Origin: Ramazzottius varieornatus
Lineage: Eukaryota > Animalia > Tardigrada
Direction: 5' to 3'
DNA length: 64,000 nt
Assembly: GCA_001949185.1 (NCBI GenBank)
Contig: BDGG01000002.1
Location: 6,190,448 to 6,254,447, forward strand
Shown: one piece after another, positions 1-11,098 of the stretch
Layout of the letters: the number at the start of each line of letters is the position of its first letter
Numbering within the stretch: the first letter of the stretch is position 1
Notes under the pieces: generated by a model
The model's input: the letters and a program-made list of their open reading frames with translations, nothing else
The model's database searches: none
What the model was told of the DNA's origin: nothing
Made by a program: the position numbers and the translations under genes

Positions 1-2052
1 GGCTGCGATGTTCTTCATTACTGTCGCCCGACTGGCTTGAAGGTCGCCTGTACCTAACAGACCTCAGGTCGCCCGGATCGCCCTGTCGCAGAGAAAAAAG
101 TGAAAACACTTTTCCACTCAGCAAAGTTGGTCTCAGATGGTACCTCGCTATCCGTCGCGCTAATTTCGTTCAAAAGAAGCTTCATTTCCTCGTCCTGAAC
201 AAAAACTCATTGTGAGCATAACACATTTGAGCCCTCGCATGATAAAGCCTAGTATTCGACGATTTCCGTAGATCGGCTTACCATCTCCGCGTTCCGTATG
301 GTTTTCTTGGATCGAACAGACAGCTCCTTTTCTGGAGACGGATCATGCTCCGAACCAGTAGTTCCACCGACTTCATTTCCGACCTAAGAACGATGCGGAA
401 TATCTTGACCTAGGTCTGCTAGAGATCGAGTGACCCATAAGCGACATGTTATCATCGCTCAAACTGGTTTTCCGCAAGTAAAGCGAAACGGTATATACCG
501 ATCTTATCATTTCTTCAAAACGACGATCCTTCTCTTCGTCGTCCTCTGTAGTGGTTCCCGAGTCAGCGGTATCTACACCGACATAAAGCGACCGTAAGAT
601 ATGTGAGTTGATACATGAGATACATGGAAGAACCTACCAGATGATTCGGCTGAGTTTTCCAACGGCGAACCAGCCCTGTTACCAAACGGCAGAGTATCTT
701 CGGCCCGGATTTTCTCTTGGAGCTTGTCCAGATTCGCCAATTCTTCGTCGACGTTGCTAGACGGATCCAGCAGTCTCTGCAAGGCAAGCGAAAGCTCTGA
801 AGGTCCGGGTTCAGGTTTCCTGGTCTTCGCACGCGTAACTTTCTTGGGTCTAACAGGCTGTTTCTTAGGTGGAGGCCCGAATATTTCCGGACTTTGATCC
901 CCGTAATTGGTAAACCGCACATGTCCCTCTCCCACAAGAGCTTCTTCCTCATCGTGCCCATGCACCGGCGAAGATACCTCAGCGTTCGGCTGTCCTGCTT
1001 GCTCATCAGCGATACGACGCTGCTCTTCCGGCGCGTCTTCTGCTGTGCGTGAAAGTGCCGAGCTCGTTTCGCTTCGAAGAACAGTGACTTGCTCTTTCAG
1101 CATGCGAAAGAAGTCCAGTAGTCGATCGCGCTTGGCTGGAACGTATGTCCTACCATCCGGTTCTTCAACTGCCATTGAAGGTTCAGCACGACTTTCCTTG
1201 AGAGGAAGATCATGAACTGGTGCCTCAGCAGCTTGTTCTTCTTCGACAAGGGAAGCCGTTGTAGTCGAAGATTCATTGGAGCTTTCGTCTACGCGATCGA
1301 CGGGCGACGGCTCAGTCGTCTCCTCGTCATCGACCGAGATAACCGTCGAGCGGCGCTTTCTCTCGTAGCCTGGTCGGTTTGTATATTCGCCGTCCGAGTC
1401 CATACTTCCATCACTGTCAAATCCATCTACCCGATCTGAGTTCAGGACTTTGTTAGGCACTGCGGAAACAAGGAAAGTATGCTTAAATATGCCTTGTGTG
1501 AGCGGCAGAGGCAGATATGGTGGACAGCTACTCACCTGTTAATGATCCAGCAAGGTAGAAGGTATCTTCCGCATCTTCCGTCTTCACCTTTGGTTCCGCT
1601 GCAGGAGACTTAACTGGAAGAAGTAAAAATGGAGGATCCTTGTTTCCTTCTGCGCTTGGAACTCTGGTTGGTACGGACGGAACCCGTACATCTTCTGATG
1701 AACTGTTAGACGAGATGCAGAACAGTTCGTTATACAAACATGGTTCTGGTGGTACGACGTTGCGTTCTGCTAGGTTTGGCAATGGCTCGGCGGCGATCTT
1801 ATCATTCTTCTTCGACAACGACTCCAGCAGTTTCCGGGTACGTTTGTCCAACAGAAGGCTGGTGTCTTTGTTCTCCACAGCTTTGCAAACCTGTTTAAAC
1901 TTTCGCGAGAGGTATTTGACCCGCTCCTTGGATATGTCGTCCGTATTAGGTCCAATCCGGTCGAATTCCTCCTCCCTGCATTTCTCCGAAGCCTCCTTCA
2001 AACTAAGTAGATGCTCCATAGTGGACAGCTGTCCATTCTGATCCCCAGCCAT
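1..2052 (-). CDS. Uncharacterised acidic, Ser/Pro-rich, probably largely disordered protein; multi-exon, 3' part runs off the left edge
   Basis: ATG at 2052 (MAGDQNGQ...). Exon 2052-1536 ends at a GTGAG donor. Exon 1459-~638 continues in frame (ORF 573..1535). Further short exons with AG/GT boundaries encode DTADSGTTTEDDEEKDRRFEEMIRS, VGNEVGG...RNAEM and DEEMKLLLNE. No domain recognised. Confidence 0.65.
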
Positions 2053-3635
2053 GATACCACACGGCTGAGAACGAGAGCACACTGTATCGTATCACAGGTT
2101 GAGCATCTTTGAACTTCCACCAAACAGCTGGCTAAGAAAATTTTGCGAGAGCTCCGCCCAAAAGGCTTTAGAATGAGTCATAGACCGCTTGAGTCATCGT
2201 GGAAGGCTGTTCAGGCATTCTAAAGCCCTTAAATTGGGGAAACTATGGCAAGCCTGAGCCTATGGCGGAGAGATCAAAGGATGGGAACCAAGGTTAATTC
2301 ACATCGGATGTAATGAAAGCTTCTTCCAGCCAAATAATCAACTCAAGTAAACCCAGACCGAGTACCGCGCCCATTGACCAATCGACAGAAAGGACGGGCC
2401 AATAAACCAGCTGCCATTGAGCGGTCAACCCAGCGATGCCAATGGCTAGTATCGGTGGTCAAACATAGCAAAACCAATGGTCAACCACTAGTGCTCAACC
2501 AACCTACCCATCCCCCCTGGTGATTGTACCACTGTACGATCATCTACCTTCCTACCTAGTTACCCAGCCGAGTTGCTGCCGATCGTACAGCAGGCAACAC
2601 GAGTTACAGTCATATCCTGGCGGTCGTACCTTTGTTCGGCCGACAGGGTCGTGAGAGTGATCAACTCTTTATTAATCGACACGCTGTTTCCGCCAGTGAA
2701 TTCGCACGAAATTGATTGATCAGACACAAAGTTATGATTCAGCAAAAACTAAAAAAACTGGAAAAATCAGAAAAAAATCGGGGAATCATCCTGAGAAAAG
2801 GATCCTTCTGTCTGGAGCTCGAGCTTCCTCTGATGAGTTTGCGATTCAGAGTCCCCTTGGGTATCCCAAAGTCCAAGTCGCGCGTTTTCTGACCACAAAA
2901 CCGAAATTGCGACTAAACGCAAAAAACTATGTGCGGGAAAGTGCAGTGTGCAGATTTCACTGTGTGCAGTCTGCTATGCGTCATTAGTATAGAAAAGTCG
3001 ATGCGCTGTGCAGTGCGCACGCAGCGCACCTGGGGGAGTGGTATTAACTCATCAGGTAAGTAGCTCTACTGGAGCAGGCTGGCATGGATGTACCGGGAGA
3101 ATGCTTTGTATCGGCCTGCCAAATTTCGCCTCCCTAGTGTGGTTTGTTGAGCCATTCTATGTCTTCTCCCGGTAGATCTATGCCGATATGCTGCTGGGTG
3201 CTAACTGGCGAACATCAAAACGTTCATTCATTTTGTAAACTAGGTCATAACTCATAATTCGTGCGTGCATCTCTTCTGACCTGAAGAAAAGGTTCTGCAT
3301 CTCGTTCAAGTAGAACTGTGACATCGGATACTGTAGGGTCCGGGCTTGTTTCTCATGAAGCTTCGTTCGGAGGAGTTTCCGTCGTCGCGCTGACTGTGGG
3401 GTCGTCCAAGTCGACCACCGAGTAAAGAATCGTGTTCATCTATCTCCATTCCTGTCCAGTTTTTGACAGCAGCTGCAGGACCTTGATATAACTTGGATTA
3501 CATCTTGGATCGAAAGAATCTTCCTGGAAGGTGAGTAATGTGCAGCACGCTACAGCTCGTTGGATGATTGTGCGTGCCAGGTCGGTTCCTATCGTTCTAA
3601 CTAATGAGCTTAATTGGATAAACTGTTCTTCGTAG

Positions 3636-6600
3636 ATGGCAGAGGGAAGGAATTGTAAGATACATCTTCTGGACTTACGGAAGATCGAGATCTTCATTCA
3701 GGTATAACTTGCCTCGGTTTCAAAGTGTTTCCGAGTGGGTGCCAGCGCTCTGTACTTTGTACCATGACTAGTTGGGTTGTGCATGTTGATCGGATAAGGT
3801 GATTCAAGGCGTTGTTTGTTTATTTTTAGCCCAGACTGTTGACATGCGAACTAGTCGATGTCGTGAGCAGCCACCATAGTCTGAAGGAAAAGGAATACTT
3901 CGGCATAGCTGTCCTGGATGAAATGTACTTCATTTTGGACTGGATCCATAAACACTGATACTGCATATGAAAACGTGATGCTGATAATCGTTGTTTCTTA
4001 GTGGAAATTTCAACTGGTTACAACTGGATCGAAAAGTTCTGGACCATGAATGCATCACTGCATCGAAGAAATTCAAAGTCATTAATCTATATTTTATGGT
4101 CAAGTAAGTATTCTGCGTTGGTAGCTGTCTCATTAGCTGTACGGACTTATATAATATACAAGAACGGTGTATGAATATTCATACTGTAATTGTAGGTTCT
4201 TCGTCGAATCCATCATTCATTTGAAAGATCCCGTTACAGTAGAGCTTTTCTTCCTGCACGTCAAAGCGTTGGTTGGCAGGGGCGTCATTCAAGTGGAACA
4301 GGAAACGGCGTTTGAGCTATCGAGCTACGTCTTGCAAGCCAGTTACGGCGACTTTGTCGAGTAAGCGACTGTCTCGCTTCATACAATCTAACGCAGAAAA
4401 GCAAGGACTGGCTCGTCTTTGATGTTATGATTGTACTGCTATTTCAGTTTGGATACCACAAACGATCTTCTGAAAAAACAAGCTATTCTACCGCAAAAGA
4501 TATACGACGAAGCTTCCTCACCTGCATACTGGTAAGCCACACCTTGAGGTCCGCGTCGAATATTTTAGGATCTGTGTTTCTCAGGCGATGCAACGATATT
4601 CATTACAGTACGGAACGCGTCGCCGCGCTATACTCTGCGCTGAAAGGTTTGTCAAGAGGAAACGCGATAGTCAAGTATGTGGAGCCATTAATTAGTCTTT
4701 GTCAGCCCGCGAGATCCCTATTAATACAAAGATTTGCTATTGCAGTTATATGACGCTCGTCGAGAGTCTGTCGACTTACGGCGTCCATTACTACAATGTC
4801 GCAGATAAAGCAGGGACCGCGTGCGTTTTGGGGATTAGCCTTCGCGGCATCGCCCAGTTCCGGATTGACGATCGACGAATACCTGACAGGGTAAATGGTC
4901 CCCTTCGTCCTTTTAGTGCTAGCGAAATCTTACGGAAGTCTAAGCCTCATAGTTTCTGCAGATTTTTCTGTGGAAGGACCTCGGGAACTTGAATTATCGT
5001 GATCGAAAGTTTACGGCGGAAGTTCTGGAAGCCAGGCGGTGAGTAACAGATATAACTACTAGCTCAGTTCAACGAGCCGGCTTTGCGGTATATGTGAATC
5101 GCTTCATAAGATCGGTGTTGGGTGGTTTTCCGGTTCTTACGTCCAGCTTAGTCGTTTCGTGCTGATGCTGTGATTGCTGTGCTCTGTATGGTAAGCTTTA
5201 TTCGTAGTGTTGTCCACGCTATGAGTAATATCAACCTGTACGAAGATGCTGACGAGGAGACGTCTGGCCACAGCGACGATCTGTCCACTGCGATTGCCGA
5301 TCCAACTACACAGTAAGTTATTCTATCGTGCTCAATTTATTGCCTATATATCCACTCGTGAGAGCTTTTCTGCTTTCGCTTCTGTGTATCGTTTACCAAA
5401 TTTTGTAGCTTGATGACGAATTTGTGGTTCGTTCGATTTGCGTGAACGTTGAAGATACAGTACGAGTACTTAGAGTGGAAGAACTTGATGTGCTTTCAAG
5501 TGTTTATTGTTTCTAGGGTGTCTGTCTCACGACGAACTTTCGCGGCTGGTCAGTCCTGCACACACGCCTGGTTCACTAGCACTACGGCATTGGCAAAAGC
5601 AATATGGACCATGGCTGTGAACCAGCACCAGTACTACATCGAACGGAAGGTATGCTGAATGGAGAACTATGATTAGTGTAAACACACGATAGTAAACATC
5701 GTGAGCGAACTTTGTTTCATGTTCTGTGGATTTAAAGTTTGCTGGCTAACGTAATATTTAAAGGGCGGAAGAGAAGCATGCGGTGTGGGTTTCTGTCACC
5801 TGCATCGTACCAGAAATATGAAGTCTAAGTTCTTCCTATAGAAAGCGCATACCGAGAGTGCGGTGATGGAGCAACGATCACCGGCGGATATTGCTTCTGA
5901 TCTGAACAACAGCGAACTGTTACCTACTAAATCGGATATCTCCAGAACGCGATCTGGAAGCGTCTGTAGTTCCTACAGCTACCGAGTGGTTCGGGACGGA
6001 AGTAAGTGTCTGTATGAATCGTATACATAACCGTTTACGCCATGGGAAGAATTTCGCATAACAGTACATGTTCCTGTTTTTGCAGGTTTGACTTCAGGGT
6101 TTGCCTCTGATGATAGTATATCTCAAATGAGCGAAGTGGAAAAGAAAGAAATGTATCACACCGCGAAATCACGACGCGAGGAGTTACAGGAAAGTCTGAA
6201 ATTGAAGCTAGCGAAGCTCAAGCAACTATGCTTACAGGAAGCGGTAGGTCGTTCTTGGCTACTGCAGACCAGAATCTTCAAGAGAGCATTGGTTGATGCA
6301 TGGCATTTACTATTCTTAGCAAATTACGGGAGAACTTCCGGTGGAAATCGATCTGGCTCTTCAACCCGGTGAAGCGCGTCCGCAAGTTCGCCGGCGCGTT
6401 GGCACGTCCTTCGAGCTGTCGTCCAGAAAGATGGAATCCGCTAACCTCACCCAAGAAGACAAAGATCTGGCAGAACTGGAGCTGCATTACGAGTTACAGG
6501 CGAATATAACCAAGGCGGCGGAAAAGCTGTGGATCGATGCCAGCAAAACGATACGCAAGAAAAGGAAGGACGACTACCGCAAAGAGCTGGCTAAGGTGTT

Positions 6601-7830
6601 GTACTGTGAAACCATACAGCTTTTGCCGCTGATGTCTGACCAGTATTGGATTGTTTGCAGCTGAAAGATATAGACAAGCAGCTGAAAGGAATGCGAGTCG
6701 CCCTCGATCGTGACCTACCCAGCGGCGATTCCAGAGAGTTCCAGATATCCCACTCGAGCTCCTTCTCCAGTGGGCTCGGAGACTCTTCCTCACTCCAGTC
6801 CTTCCACCTCAAACCTCCGCAGTCTCCTGTAGCATCCCTGCGCTCTTCAGAGAGTAGAAGTTCGGTGTCCATGACAGAGGTTCCGCCAGTTACACTAAGA
6901 GCGCAAAACAACAACACAAAACCAGTCATAGCTGGATACATTCCCAACGCAATCTATCGCAACACATACCGACAAGACCAATACCCCACACTTTCACCCC
7001 TTTGTCTGACATCGACAGGAGACGACTCACTCCATGCAGAGACCACCATTTCACCCTCCATAAGTAGTCCGGTTCTTTCACCGTCCGTTCCACGACCGCC
7101 TGTAGTTATGCATCACAAGATCGTAGTTGAAGACCCTTTCCCAAGGGAAATGACTCCCGAAAGAGTGTCTTATCCGGTTTCACCTTACGTCGCGAAGCCG
7201 TCGTTGAGGTCCTCCAGTTGTGACAGGTCTGTCAAGCCTCACAGCTATAGGAAGTTCCCTGCGATCTCACCAGATGTTCGTTCAAGTCCTGTGAAACAGG
7301 TTCAACAAACTCCCACAAGATCGAGGAGCCCTCGAAGTCCATCCGCACACGAGACCCAAACGAGCGCACCATTCAATCAAGTTAGGTCTCCGCCCATACT
7401 ACCAAACAGACTACCTGTTGCTTCTCAGTTACCCAACAGTCCTTCACCGGTATGGAACACGGCAGAACTGACTAAACCATACGAACTTGCTGATTATTAC
7501 AAGTATAGTAGTAGAGCAAGGAGACAGCACAATAAGAATAACACGATGCAAACTGAGGCAGCAGAGAAAATAGTCACAGCGTACCCGTCCTCGCCTGCTC
7601 AAACTAGTGCCTTCCGACAAGCAGTCCGTCCAACGGGAGCAGGCTCTCCCAGCGACTCGTCCTCTTCCCGGTCTGATCGGACAGTGTCGCCCAAGTTTCA
7701 CACGGTGTCCAGCCAAGCATTCTCGCAGCCGCGTCCTCTGCAGTGCCTGCCGGCTCTTCCACGACCAAACCGGGAAGCACAGATTGCTTGGATCGACGAA
7801 GCGATGCCGAAGACGCCGACCATTGTATAA
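3636..7830 (+). CDS. FRMD4: FERM domain-containing protein 4 (FRMD4A/B-like), multi-exon
   Basis: Spliced translation MAEGRNCKIHLLDLRKIEIFIQ|PRLLTCELVDVVSSHHSLKEKEYFGIA...NWLQLDRKVLDH...FFVESIIHLKDPVTVELFFL matches the FRMD4 FERM N-terminus. Cytohesin-binding coiled-coil (CUPID) region LKLKLAKLKQLCLQEA|QITGELP...PQVRRRVGTSF is present, followed by a Ser/Pro-rich tail ending in a PDZ-binding-like PTIV*. An upstream coding exon cannot be excluded. Confidence 0.93.
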
Positions 7831-8060
7831 AGGTGTTTTCCTGTTTAATTTCTTTTTTGCCGTTTGTAGCCTGCTTTTTTGCCGTCTTTTGTTCCGGATG
7901 AATGAGCTAACGCCAACTGTGATATAGAAGGTGCCTTTTTCTGCAACTTTTTTCTGTTCGTTGTGACCTCACGATCTAACAAGATTCATATCGTAGCCTT
8001 TACTCGTTTTCTGTAACCGTTTTCACTGGTAAAATGGTGCGATCACTTCCGGGTGTAAAT

Positions 8061-8986
8061 TCAAGTCATTTCCTCATCCTCCTCGTTCAAGATCGGCACT
8101 TGGCGGTAGCGCTCGGACTTCCGTAATGCGCGGACGTAGTAGCAGGTAACACTGACGGCAATCACGAAGTTTGTGATGCTCACTATGCATGCCGCCAGGG
8201 GGACAGTGTGATGGTCAGAGATCGCCGTATCATCTATCGAATAACTCGTAATGGTTATTCCGGTATCAGCATTTACCACGAATGGGAAATTTTGTCCTTA
8301 CCAAGTAGCCAAAAGACGTCATCTTTCTCCACCATAGTCCCGTTCTCATCTTTATAGCGCTTCGTTGTCACTCTGATCGTCTGCATCAAGTTCGCGCTGA
8401 CCAGGGCGGCTTTCAAATCGGCGGCATTGAGAGTACCACTAGCAATCACAGTCGTGTTGAAGGAGACAACCTCTGAAACACCGGAAATTTATTGTATAAT
8501 ATAACAAGAATTGCGACAAGGAAGTACAGATGCCGGAATAAGGTACCGTCGTTCACTGGTCCCCTGCCGTAGATCGTGTCTTGGAACATCACGCCGCACG
8601 TCGATGGGGCTTTGGTGATGTTGTTGAAAGGCGAGAAGGTGAGCCCGCTATCAAGTACAGAGAGCGTCCTGCATAGCTCTCGCAGCAGGTAATCCTCCAC
8701 TCGTAATCCTCCATTCCAGTTCAAATGATTTACGGCTGGAGGTACCGGTTGAGCTTGGACTTGCGCCTTGAAATCAATGTAATTCACGTTCAAGAAGAAT
8801 TTCAGCGGAACTCCCGTATTATCTCCCGCACCTATAAGAAATGTTTTATTTCAAACAAACCTTGTTTTGGTTACAGTGGTCATTTTAGTCAAAGCCCTTT
8901 GTTTTAGTGCAAGACTCACCGCAGATTCCTGCGTAGAAAAAAACAAATATGGCAAGTAAAAAGACTGAACTCGGAATACTTTGCAT
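8061..8986 (-). CDS. Orphan single-pass type I membrane protein, 231 aa, 4 exons (8986-8920, 8831-8547, 8472-8302, 8233-8061)
   Basis: Four exons joined by phase-1 GT-AG introns give an uninterrupted 696-nt CDS. It encodes a signal peptide (MQSIPSSVFLLAIFVFFYAGICG), a ~160-aa ectodomain with N-x-T sequons (NIT, NTT, NGT), a TM helix (VPLAACIVSITNFVIAVSVTCYYV) and a short tail (RALRKSERYRQVPILNEEDEEMT*). Confidence 0.8.
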
Positions 8987-9098
8987 TGTGAACGTATAAA
9001 GACGGAAAAGTCATGCATGTAAATCACAGAGTTATCCACGGCTAGTCTGTATACTCGAAAACATGAACGCAACTTGATGGAGGAAGAGATTCTCGGAT

Positions 9099-10432
9099 TC
9101 ACCACCTCGTACTGCTCTGCTCGAGATCCCGTTTCCTGGATACAGGACACAGTTCTCCGTGCTCATTGTCCGTGTTCTCTTCGCCTTCCCTGGATTGCCA
9201 TCTACACGAACAAATATACTCGTTTCGGGGGAGTGTCGCTGACCGAGGAGACAAAGGTCTGATTTTCTCAGTGTTCAGACTAATGATGGCCTGACAGAAC
9301 TCCGCAGTTTCCGCAAAGTCCGCAATGACAATGTGGAACCAGTTCCCCGCTCTTCTTGAGTCCACCCACTGCAGTAGCTCCTTCGTCACTTCCACCGCCA
9401 TGAAGTCTCGTAATGAACTGAATGGATGCCGGACAATGAGAGGGGCGTCGGGCGTTATGACGCCCTGTGTCACGTAGAAGGACTGTAAGGGTGGAGGTCC
9501 ACACTGGTAGCGTTGATCCAGGCAGTGCAGGAGCTGTTGGCTGTTAGCCACATTCGGCCAAGGAGACTTGATCGTTTCGCTGGGCCATATGAAGATCGAA
9601 TATTTGGGATCGCGAGCGATATCGTTCTGGTAAATGCAGATTACACGTCCTTTGGTTCCCCAGAGAGATGCCAAAGTGACCATTTCAAGAGGTTGAGGAG
9701 GTACCAATCGATCGCCCAAATGTTTGATGACGAGTTCCACAAGTGCCTGATGGTCCGCCAACACCATTGCGTACAGATGATTGAAGTCTAGGATGATAAT
9801 TTCCGAAGGATGGGAATTCGAGAAATCCCTACAATAAAACTAAACTTGTAGGTTGTAGAAGTCAAATCACATTACGTTCGACCCAACCGACTCTCGTGTA
9901 TGTTCCCGTTTGGTAGAGAAATTCGATACCATACTGTCTGAAGACAATTTTCGATGTTGATTCCAAATAGTCCGTGAACGACAGAATACTGATTCGGACC
10001 AGGACCGGAACTAATTCGCAAGTCCAAATATCGGATCCCCAGTTCCAGCTGGTTTTTGAAGTCCGCGACCTGCGTGATTGACCTACGAAAAGAGCTTGTA
10101 ATTCGTGTAAACTGGATGTCAGTGAAATTGTTATCGAAACGCGTGGCAGAGCTTACCATCTGTAGACGATCGGTCGAGCTATCCATGGGAAGATTGCTAA
10201 GATTCGGGATAGCCATCTCGTTTGGTCGGGGGCGAAAGGACCGTACATATCGAGCCAATATGAACCGCTATCATGAGAACCTACAATTCAACCATCTCAT
10301 ACAAATTCCTTACGGGGAAACGTTGGCTGAATGGTAAGGTACAGGCGGCACATAAGTTTTACCTGGTATTGCTAGTGCGCTGATGGGACATGTTTCGATG
10401 ATCTCTAGAGGCAAACTCTTCATCCATTCCAT
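9099..10432 (-). CDS. PLCXD: PI-PLC X domain-containing protein (PLCXD2/3-like), multi-exon
   Basis: MEWMKSLP...ISALAIP|GSHDSGSY (first catalytic His), TQVADFKNQLELGIRYLDLRI, VVHGLFG (second His), HPSEIIILDFNH, SPWPN, FYVTQGVITP and IVIADF are typical PLCXD motifs. Confidence 0.92.
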
Positions 10433-10685
10433 CTGACAGCCGGTCCGTATGGCTCGAGGTGATCCGCGCCAAAATCCTCACATTCAGGGTCTCTGAAGAA
10501 ATTGTCCACAGACAAGGACAGATTAGACTCCGTAGTCTCGCGACGGAGTGTCATGGGATCTTCCGAGTTCACATGCTAATTTGAGTTAGTAGTTCGGAAC
10601 TAATTCCTAAGTCAACTCCTGCTTGCTCATGTTATGTACATGGTGTTATTGCATGACATTAAATGCATGATATGAAATGACATGA

Positions 10686-10770
10686 CCTTACTTTACCTTA
10701 CCTTACCTTACCTTATCTTACCTTACCTTACCTTGCCTTACCTTACCTTACCTTACCTTACCTCACCTGA
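10686..10770. repeat. Pentanucleotide microsatellite (CCTTA)n, ~17 units, 5 of them variant
   Basis: Directly visible tandem array cctta-cttta-cctta...cctca-cctga. It also generates the spurious LTLPY ORF 10682..11164. Confidence 0.97.
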
Positions 10771-10934
10771 GCTGACTCGAACACTCGAACACCAGCGGTG
10801 GACAGATCATTTTCTCAGCGAATTACTCATAACACGGAACGGCGCAACATCAAATACAGCCTACCTCATGACCGGCAATCAACCCAATCAAGCAGACAAA
10901 TATCTTTGTTACCACAGCGTTACCGTTTTCCCCA

Positions 10935-11098
10935 CACGTACTTTAACTAATTATTGGCATGGACAAAAATATTGGCAGTCTGCCGAAAGCGACAGCGCAT
11001 TAATGGATTCAGCTGATTGGCCAGTTTTAGCTGGCCGCTGCCGCTTTCGGCCGGCTGCCAGTATTTTTGACCATGCTAATAATCAGGTAAAGTATGTG
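10935..11098. mobile_element. Long imperfect inverted repeat (63-bp arms, 38-bp spacer); MITE-like or hairpin-RNA element
   Basis: Left arm 10935-10997 matches the reverse complement of right arm 11036-11098 at 54/63 positions, ungapped (manual alignment). The repeat itself is certain; MITE identity is inferred. Confidence 0.6.

Noticed and set aside
2350-3035. Possible non-autonomous DNA transposon with CCCAG...CTGGG ends; similar transposon-like texture at 12140-12400 and 18452-18569
   Set aside because: I could not define matching terminal inverted repeats or target-site duplications; a genome-wide repeat search is needed.
10686-10770. Possible interstitial telomeric repeat
   Set aside because: The unit is CCTTA/TAAGG, not the arthropod telomeric CCTAA/TTAGG. 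Treated as a plain microsatellite; the 160-aa ORF 10682..11164 it seeds is an artefact.
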